Source of the DNA: an uncultured bacterium
Lineage (GTDB): Bacteria; Oederibacteriota; JAAXVQ01; JAUVAV01
Direction of reading: 5' to 3'
Assembly: GCA_963710755.1 (NCBI GenBank)
Contig: CAVQBK010000007.1
Location: 64,001-128,000, forward strand
Length of the DNA: 64,000 bases
Made by a program: the position numbers and the translations under genes. The notes beneath the pieces are model-generated. The model was not told the DNA's origin, did no database searches, and was given only the letters and a program-made list of their open reading frames with translations. Below are positions 57,543-64,000 of this stretch, one piece after another (the first letter of the stretch is position 1; every line of letters begins with the position of its first letter).

Positions 57543-59867
57543 TTATTTATTGAGTGGTGGTTGTTGTTCTTCACCACGGACTTGATTTCCAAGCAGCGTT
57601 TTCATGACGACACGACGGTTTTTGGCACGGCCGGTCGCGGTATGGTTAGTGGCCAAGGGCTTCCGCGCGCCGAAGCCCATACAGATGATGCGCTCGCCGG
57701 AAATATGGTAATCCTGCTCTATATGCTGTCCCACGGACTGGGCGCGTTTGACGGATAGGGTCTGGTTGGACATTTTCCGGTGATGGCGATATGGGCGATT
57801 ATCGGCATGACCTTCAATCACCAGCAAGACATCAGGATGAGCTTCCAGGAATTGTGCTGTTTCTTCCAGGACCTTGTGATAGCGTTTGGTCACGATCCAT
57901 TGCCCACTGGCGAAATAGATGTTTTCCGGCTGTGTTTGCCACTTGGGTGGATGCGGTGCCGGCGTGGTGTCATCATCGGGCTTGAGTAGAATCATGGATT
58001 CAGCGTTGCTCTTGAAACGATAACCTGAGGGGTCTTCCACTTCCAGCTGGGCCACCAGAAATTTTGTGACCGGCGGCAATTCCCGATGCCATTCTTCCCA
58101 AGGCCAAAGCACGCTGGTGGGAAGATGATCCCGGCCGGAAAAGGTATGCACGATTTTTTTATCCCGATCCATGACGGTCAGCGTCCATTGGTTTATCTGC
58201 TTTAGGTTCTCGCTGCCTACATTGAATTCAATAGCCTGGTCATGGTGCAGATAAAGGGGACGGTCGGTACTGAGATGCAGAACCGGAGAGGAGAAAACCT
58301 GGAAATAAAAATAAAAAGTCTTAACCGCATTGGATTTGGTCATAGCTTTAAAGGCGAGCACACGATCATCCAGGGTGAGGTTGATACGGAACGTGAATTG
58401 GTCATGCTCGGGGTCGAGTTGAACAGGGATGCTTTTATCCAACAGCTCAATAGTTTTAAATTGAGCTGAAGGATAGCTGCCGGTGATCATATTGTCTCCC
58501 TCGCGGAAGGTCGTATTTTCAATTTTAATCAATGCCGCATTGTCCTGCTGAATGATGGTGAATTCTTCACCTACTTCAAAGCCTGTTTGGTCGCCGACCT
58601 GAACACGAATTAAATATTGACCTTTGGGCAAGCCGCTCAGCTGATAGGTGAATTGGTAATGCAGGTTATCCTTGGTCGTTATCTCTCCTTCCAAAGGAAA
58701 CCAGGAAGCTTCATAATTCAGGTTTTTAAAATAGGTCTTGAAGGTCTTGGGATCCTGACCGGAAATGACGGCCGGGAAGGTGAGTGTGGGGGATTGGAGA
58801 TGACGCTGCCGGGGGAAATCCAGTTGGCAAGTGAGCGGTGCCTGCCAGGAGCCCCGATACCATTGGCCCGAGGAGGACCCCAGCACGGCTTGGCGGTTGC
58901 CGAGGAGAATGGTGGTCAACTCCTGATCCAAGAAAAGTTCACTGCGCAAGGTGATTAATTGCTGAGTTGTGGTTCGGAATAGGGCCACGGCATCGTGCGT
59001 GCCGATCCATAAGTCGCTGCCGTTATGAGCCAGGCTAAAAGCATAAGGCACCATATGTTCGCGCTTCAAGGTTTTCCATTCCTGCAAGGCAATGTTATAG
59101 CCGATCAGGCCGCTGCCGGCCGTAGCAAACCATAGGTAGTCTCCCTGGGCCATCATGGCTTTAACGGGGGCCTGGAGTTCGTTGAATTCCAGGTTGATCT
59201 CTTTGGCTTGCGCGGTGGAGGGATCGAAAAAATAGATCTGCTGGCTGGCGTTGCGGATGATTATCCCTGTGGGAATAGACAGGCATTGCTCAATAACGCC
59301 TTGGGGAACAGCTTTCACTGGTTGCAGGGTCTGGGTACCCTGCCGATTCTCCAGCAGCCCTTGAGTGGTGCCGAGATAAATTTTGTCCTTGGTCATGGCC
59401 AGACAGCGTATCCCGGATCGCCGGATCAGCATGGTTAGTGCCATGTCAGGTGGGGTGACAGTGGCCAATCCCTGTTCATTAATAATATAGATCCTGTCCC
59501 TATCCTGATTTATGGCCAGCACCGGTACCGGTGAAAGTAGCTGGAGAGAAGGTTTACCGCTTGTTTGCAAATCAACGGCCAGCAGTCCTTTGCCGGTACC
59601 CAGCAGCAGGATTTGGTCCTGGAGCAGGGAAGCCGTGACTTTGCCATAAGCGGTTAAATCAGATGCGCTTAGCAAAGGGGCCCAATTCAAGGCTTTAAAT
59701 TGGCCGGCAGCCATTGATTTTGCAGGTAGGCCAACTAAGGCCCACCAACCCATGGTCATGATCATAATGTTTTTTATTAAAAGATTGCCTGACCGCCGAG
59801 TTGAGGCGGGCAGACGGTTGCTGGTCATCTTGGTTTGATATGCATGAGATTGTGGGATAATAGTCAT
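57543..59867 (-). CDS. Exported beta-propeller/Ig-like protein with a C-terminal OmpA peptidoglycan-binding domain
   Basis: LLGTGKGL, YLGTTQGL, LWFATAGSGL and LWIGT propeller blades; IYFASG, IEGHADN, LSVKRAQSV and GRAKNRRV. Start 59867 (after AGGTGAG) or 59903. Confidence 0.85.
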   Translation of the reverse strand: MTIIPQSHAYQTKMTSNRLPASTRRSGNLLIKNIMIMTMGWWALVGLPAKSMAAGQFKALNWAPLLSASDLTAYGKVTASLLQDQILLLGTGKGLLAVDLQTSGKPSLQLLSPVPVLAINQDRDRIYIINEQGLATVTPPDMALTMLIRRSGIRCLAMTKDKIYLGTTQGLLENRQGTQTLQPVKAVPQGVIEQCLSIPTGIIIRNASQQIYFFDPSTAQAKEINLEFNELQAPVKAMMAQGDYLWFATAGSGLIGYNIALQEWKTLKREHMVPYAFSLAHNGSDLWIGTHDAVALFRTTTQQLITLRSELFLDQELTTILLGNRQAVLGSSSGQWYRGSWQAPLTCQLDFPRQRHLQSPTLTFPAVISGQDPKTFKTYFKNLNYEASWFPLEGEITTKDNLHYQFTYQLSGLPKGQYLIRVQVGDQTGFEVGEEFTIIQQDNAALIKIENTTFREGDNMITGSYPSAQFKTIELLDKSIPVQLDPEHDQFTFRINLTLDDRVLAFKAMTKSNAVKTFYFYFQVFSSPVLHLSTDRPLYLHHDQAIEFNVGSENLKQINQWTLTVMDRDKKIVHTFSGRDHLPTSVLWPWEEWHRELPPVTKFLVAQLEVEDPSGYRFKSNAESMILLKPDDDTTPAPHPPKWQTQPENIYFASGQWIVTKRYHKVLEETAQFLEAHPDVLLVIEGHADNRPYRHHRKMSNQTLSVKRAQSVGQHIEQDYHISGERIICMGFGARKPLATNHTATGRAKNRRVVMKTLLGNQVRGEEQQPPLNK

Positions 59868-59993
59868 ATTATTCTCACCTCTGCCGCAAGTATGTAACCT
59901 CATCTATATTATCGGTCGTTACCACTTTTTCCTTTTACGGTAAATCTTAGGTACGTTCCTATTTATTCTCGGGTTGCCCCGGAGCCATTTCAC

Positions 59994-60614
59994 TTAACAA
60001 GTGAAATGAAGAATTACCTGAATGCCGTTAACGCCTATCATTGCTTGCAATTTGCAGCCGAAGGCGTCCCTTTCATAATAATGTCCCCTCCGGTCGGGGC
60101 AGCCGAAGGCGTCCCTTTCATAATAATGTCCCCTCCGGTCGGGGCAGCCGAAGGCGTCCCTTTCGTAGTAATGTCCTAACCGGTCGGGGCAGCCGAAGGC
60201 GTCCCTTTCATAATAATGTCCTCTCCGGTCGGGGCAGCCGAAGGCGTCCCTTTCGTAGTAATGTCCCCTCCGGTCGGGGCAGCCGAAGGCGTCCCTTTCG
60301 TAGTAATGTCCTAACCGGTCGGGGCAGCCGAAGGCGTCCCTTTCATAATAATGTCCCCTCCGGTCGGGGCAGCCGAAGGCGTCCCTTTCGTAGTAATGTC
60401 CTAACCGGTCGGGGCAGCCGAAGGCGTCCCTTTCGTAGTAATGTCCCCTCCGGTCGGGGCAGCCGAAGGCGTCCCTTTCGTAGTAATGTCCCCTCCGGTC
60501 GGGGCAGCCGAAGGCGTCCCTTTCGTAGTAATGTCCTAACCGGTCGGGGCAGCCGAAGGCGTCCCTTTCGTAGTAATGTCCTAACCGGTCGGGGCAGCCC
60601 AGAAATTTAATCAC
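59994..60614 (-). CDS. Possible 15-aa repeat polypeptide (GCPDR[L/R]GHYYERDAF)x12; coding status uncertain
   Basis: Open frame through the array with mostly synonymous unit variation, but a GTG start with no Shine-Dalgarno. Confidence 0.3.
   Translation of the reverse strand: MIKFLGCPDRLGHYYERDAFGCPDRLGHYYERDAFGCPDRRGHYYERDAFGCPDRRGHYYERDAFGCPDRLGHYYERDAFGCPDRRGHYYERDAFGCPDRLGHYYERDAFGCPDRRGHYYERDAFGCPDRRGHYYERDAFGCPDRLGHYYERDAFGCPDRRGHYYERDAFGCPDRRGHYYERDAFGCKLQAMIGVNGIQVILHFTC
60054..60599. repeat. Tandem array of 12 x 45-bp units plus a 6-bp partial unit
   Basis: Unit GCAGCCGAAGGCGTCCCTTTC[ATAAT/GTAGT]AATGTCC[CCT/TAA/TCT]CCGGTCGGG; exact 45-bp period. Confidence 0.97.
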
Positions 60615-61194
60615 AAAAAAATAAACAAAGTGCCAAAAAATATAGGCCGTATTAATTAATTATATCATCGGCATAAAAATTGTAAAATAAATAGTTAATT
60701 AATTTGTCATATATTTATTGGTAGGGATTATTTTAAATACATTTCCAGAATTCATAAGGGGGTGATTGGAAAATTACTAAATATGGCTATCTCCAAACTG
60801 AGTGGATAAATAGTGGAGTTATTTTTTGTCGTCATGCTGACGAATTCTGAAAACCCATCAACTCAGAATTTCATATAGATCTTTCCAGTCTGGAGTTGCG
60901 GTTTCAATCGACTCCAATTTTCATTTCCGCTTCCATTTTATTTGCAGCTTGAGACAAAGTAATTTAATCTTGTTTACGCCTGAAATCTATTCGAATTTCT
61001 AGTGATAAGGACGAATTTAAAAATTAATCCCTTGAAAAACCAAGTTGGCCAAAGACCCTCATTTCCAACCGGGATAGGTTAGGGAAGGATGACAAGGACG
61101 TGAGCGAAGGTAAAAGTGGAGGTTTTTCAAAAAAGATCTGGTAAGTTTTCATTTCCTTCTTATAATACTGAATTAAATCGGAAAGGTGTGTTCA

Positions 61195-61743
61195 ATGAAA
61201 ATTAACATCAATCAAAAAACATTGATGCTGCAAGTTGGGGACATTACCAAACATAGCGGAGAGGCCATTGTCAATGCAGCTAATCCTTATTTGGCAGGCG
61301 GGGGTGGTGTGGATGGCGCCATTCATCGTGCCGGCGGTCCTTTCCTATTAAAAGCTTGTCAGGAAATAATTCGTGAAATTAAACGTCTGCCCAACGGCAA
61401 AGCCGTGATCACCGCGGGCGGGGCCTTGCCGGCTCGCAATGTTATTCATGCCGTCGGGCCAATTTACAGCCATAACCCGCAAGCTGCACCGGCCATTTTA
61501 AAATCTGCCTATTGGGAAAGCCTACACTTGGCGGATAAAATGGTCCTGAAAGATATTGCGTTTCCTTCCATTGGGACCGGCAGCTATGGCTATCCCATTG
61601 GAGAAGCCGCGGCCATTGCCATGAAAACGATCGTCGACTATTTGCATGGAACCACCAGCCTGGAAAAAGTGTTTTTTTACCTTTTCACCAACCATGACTA
61701 TCAGATTTATGTGCAAGCCTTGAAACAGGTGGTAGGGGAATAA
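61195..61743 (+). CDS. Macro-domain O-acetyl-ADP-ribose deacetylase (YmdB-like)
   Basis: GDIT, AIVNAAN, GGGGVDGAIHRAGG, VIHAVGP and AFPSIGTGSYGYP. Confidence 0.93.
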   Translation: MKININQKTLMLQVGDITKHSGEAIVNAANPYLAGGGGVDGAIHRAGGPFLLKACQEIIREIKRLPNGKAVITAGGALPARNVIHAVGPIYSHNPQAAPAILKSAYWESLHLADKMVLKDIAFPSIGTGSYGYPIGEAAAIAMKTIVDYLHGTTSLEKVFFYLFTNHDYQIYVQALKQVVGE

Positions 61744-62478
61744 ATGAACAACTCCTTGCCCGTTATTCCGCAGAATATGAAGGGTAAAAAGTATCAGGCC
61801 ATTTTTTTCGATGCCGGTAACACCTTGTTTTACGCCTTCCCATCAGTGGGCGCTATTTATGCACAGACTGCAGCTGGTTATGGTTATCAAGCTGATGCCG
61901 AATACATTAACCGTATTTTTAAAGATATCTGGATCCGGTGGAGCTCGCTCCACGCCTTCCCCGTGGGCCGCTCGCAGGCAGAAGAACAGTCGTGGTGGTA
62001 TGGCCTGGTTAAAGAGCTCATGAGCCACGGTCAGGGATTCCGTGATTTTGATGGTTTTTTTAAAGATGTTTATCAGCGCTTTAAGCAAGCATCGGTTTGG
62101 CGGCTTTATCCGGAAGTCGTAAAAGTCTTAACCTATTGCCGCAAACGTGGTACAATTCTGGGCATTATTTCCAATTGGGATTCCCGTTTGCCGGAAGTCT
62201 GTCAAGCTTTAGGACTGACCAGGTATTTTGATTTCATCATAGCATCCGCGCAGGCTGGTGTTTCCAAACCTCACCCGGATATTTTTCAACTGGCTTTGAG
62301 TCAAGCCGGGGTTCCGGCCACCAGGGCCCTGCATATCGGTGATTCCCTGCAGGACGACATTGAAGGAGCCCAACGTGTGGGTCTGGATACTTTGTGGATC
62401 GAACGTGATCAGGTTCGTGGAGGTCATGCACATTTGGCTAAAACCAATACCTTGGAAACAGTCATGTCATTTTGTTAG
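61744..62478 (+). CDS. HAD-IA family hydrolase
   Basis: FFDAGNTL, ISNWD, KPHPDIF and HIGDSLQDD. Confidence 0.92.
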   Translation: MNNSLPVIPQNMKGKKYQAIFFDAGNTLFYAFPSVGAIYAQTAAGYGYQADAEYINRIFKDIWIRWSSLHAFPVGRSQAEEQSWWYGLVKELMSHGQGFRDFDGFFKDVYQRFKQASVWRLYPEVVKVLTYCRKRGTILGIISNWDSRLPEVCQALGLTRYFDFIIASAQAGVSKPHPDIFQLALSQAGVPATRALHIGDSLQDDIEGAQRVGLDTLWIERDQVRGGHAHLAKTNTLETVMSFC

Positions 62479-62486
62479 GAGGAATT

Positions 62487-63152
62487 ATGCGCCGTGGCTT
62501 TTTTATGCTTTTAATCATGCTTGGCAGTTGGGCGGGCGTCATGATGATGGCCTGGAGCGCCGACGCAGTTGGCCACCAGATTCAACCCAAATTGGTGCTG
62601 GTCGTATTTGATCATTGGAAAACCAGATTTTTTGGATTACCCACCGAATTGCCGGTCCTGCTGAAACCAGGAGAACATTTTGATCCCAAGCAAGGACGTT
62701 ATGATTTTGCGCAGGGCCTGCAAGCCATGGACATTTACATCCATCTGAAGCCCAATACCAAGCTGGCCAAGAGTTACCGACGCTTCATAGATAAGTGGCC
62801 CCTTTACCAGGAATTTTTCAAATCCGTGGATCAGGAAAATTATGGTGAAGCCCAGAGCCTGCTTCAGCAAATTTTGAAAATTGATAAAAAAGACCCAGCT
62901 GTGCATTTTTATTTGGGAAGTTTGAACACTCATTTGAAAAATTATGCGGCGGCAGAAGCCCATTATCGTGATTGCCTGACCTATTACCCTGGTTACGGAC
63001 CAGCTTATATCCATCTGGCCCGTTTGGCCAAGGCTCGAGGAGATGAACGCGTTGCCAAGGCTTATCTGCAAGATGCCGTCAAACGGGTTGGTCCTAATGA
63101 ACAGGAAGGCGCCGGAGCTCTGGCGCGTAAAATGCTCGAAACGCTAAAATAA
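62487..63152 (+). CDS. Exported TPR protein
   Basis: RBS AGGAGG, signal peptide and TPR repeats (VHFYLGSL, AYIHLARL). Confidence 0.8.
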   Translation: MRRGFFMLLIMLGSWAGVMMMAWSADAVGHQIQPKLVLVVFDHWKTRFFGLPTELPVLLKPGEHFDPKQGRYDFAQGLQAMDIYIHLKPNTKLAKSYRRFIDKWPLYQEFFKSVDQENYGEAQSLLQQILKIDKKDPAVHFYLGSLNTHLKNYAAAEAHYRDCLTYYPGYGPAYIHLARLAKARGDERVAKAYLQDAVKRVGPNEQEGAGALARKMLETLK

Positions 63153-63271
63153 ATGGATGAACTGCTTTGAAGCCCATGGTTTGAGAGTCAGTCAAGGATG
63201 TTGAATTGCAGGATTTTTAACGCTTGAATTGCCAATTGCGGCTGCAGTGACATCCAGGCGAGGAGGAAGCT

Positions 63272-63739
63272 ATGCCAGTGATTAAAAAATTGGAACCAGG
63301 CAAATTACTGTGTTTGGAAGGACAGGGGGGGGAGGATGCGATCCGAGCCGCCAGGAGCCAGTTGCTTGAATTTGTTGCAGAGGAAGGTGTTCCCGTGTTG
63401 GGCGAGCCGTTTATGCTATACTATGACGACTTGAATCAGTTGGATTTCCAGCAGGCCCATTTTGCAGTGGCCTTGGCGCTGGCCGGGGAAACCTTTGGTG
63501 ACGGGGAAATCGTTGTGGTAACCCAGACGGTGATGAAAGTGGCCAGTGCCTCCCACACCGGAGATCAACAGGCTCTGAATTCAGTGCTCAAGGACCTGCA
63601 GGCTTGGGTACAGGAACATCAGTTTAAGCCTCAGGGACCGTTGCGGCTTTATTACCGGCCCGGCGCGTCGGAACAAACTGACAGCGCCTGGCTCGACCGG
63701 GTGGCGGAAGTGCAACTACCGGTTGTCAAAACCGCCTGA
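63272..63739 (+). CDS. GyrI-like small-molecule-binding protein
   Basis: GEPFMLYYD, VASASHTG, LQAWVQEH...GPLRLYY and EVQLPV; RBS GAGGAGG. Confidence 0.8.
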   Translation: MPVIKKLEPGKLLCLEGQGGEDAIRAARSQLLEFVAEEGVPVLGEPFMLYYDDLNQLDFQQAHFAVALALAGETFGDGEIVVVTQTVMKVASASHTGDQQALNSVLKDLQAWVQEHQFKPQGPLRLYYRPGASEQTDSAWLDRVAEVQLPVVKTA

Positions 63740-63747
63740 GGGCCACA

Positions 63748-64000
63748 GTGGACTTGATTCCAATCGGTGATGGCGTTTTGGATAAATGGCGCCAGCACTA
63801 TAAAGCCAGTCTGGGGTGTCCGGTCATCACCGATGTTCATGACGCGCTGTGCCAAATGGGCCATAGCTATGCGCTGGAGGCTTTGGGCAATACGGTGGGT
63901 TATGCAGTAGTTAACAATGAAAATAACCTGGGGCTGACGGCGCCCGTGGTAAGTGAAGTTTTTTTTAATGTGGCTAAAAGTCGGGTGATCCGTCAATTAT
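63748..64000 (+). CDS. Hypothetical protein, 5' part only (runs off the window)
   Basis: GAGGG then GTG 63748 opens MDLIPIGDGVLDKWRQHYKASLG... with no stop before the window end; not listed in the ORF track. Confidence 0.6.
   Translation, partial: MDLIPIGDGVLDKWRQHYKASLGCPVITDVHDALCQMGHSYALEALGNTVGYAVVNNENNLGLTAPVVSEVFFNVAKSRVIRQL

Noticed and set aside
60054-60599. CRISPR array or TIGR-type guide array
   Set aside because: There are no unique spacers, only 2-3 allelic states at two short sites, and no cas or Nop-domain gene in the window.
60041-60610. Plus-strand Arg-rich repeat ORF (189 aa)
   Set aside because: A by-product of the 45-bp period; unit variation is non-synonymous in this frame, with a TTG start and no RBS.
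446-63071. Numerous 60-250 aa ORFs nested in or antisense to the called genes
   Set aside because: They are shadow ORFs with no motifs or RBS and overlap well-supported CDSs.
61195-63739. Macro-domain/HAD/TPR cluster as an anti-phage or toxin-antitoxin system
   Set aside because: These look like ordinary YmdB-like and HAD housekeeping genes; no ADP-ribosyltransferase, sirtuin or other defence partner is adjacent.
63652-63996. Minus-strand 114-aa ORF
   Set aside because: It overlaps the GyrI-like gene, and a plus-strand frame with an RBS at 63748 is a better candidate.
1-64000. tRNA, rRNA, integrase, prophage or intact transposase genes
   Set aside because: None recognised by eye; tRNAscan-SE and Rfam scans were not run.

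Overview
64-kb gene-dense bacterial chromosomal segment, about 50% GC by eye. The organism is a diderm (TonB-dependent receptor, OmpA domain, several beta-barrels, L,D-transpeptidase); its lineage cannot be assigned from this window. Left to right it contains: the 3' end of a nif-type cluster (nifB, 2Fe-2S ferredoxin, GNAT); a C30-carotenoid/light-stress island (aldehyde dehydrogenase, crtP-, crtQ- and crtN-like genes, an ICMT-like methyltransferase, an exported TPR protein, a beta-barrel, photolyase, YbgA-like) lacking a crtM synthase and a crtO acyltransferase; ferritin-like, DUF488, MgtE and CDF genes; an RND/LolA-like/AMIN-barrel/PAP2 lipid-transport operon; bcp-trpD-glgP; trmJ; a degenerate Ymh/HEPN-like protein with a histone-like tail; a GT-C glycosyltransferase; a sigma54 two-component operon; ldtD plus an M15 peptidase; a cobalamin riboswitch with btuB-F-D-C-cobO interrupted by a MITE-like element; an envelope-linked partner-switching cluster including a STAS-Ig-Zn ribbon-kinase fusion; a 12 x 45-bp hairpin-bearing tandem array next to an AT-rich tract; and macro-domain, HAD, TPR and GyrI-like genes. 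No rRNA, tRNA, CRISPR array or intact transposase was seen. All family assignments are by-eye motif recognition, not database searches.
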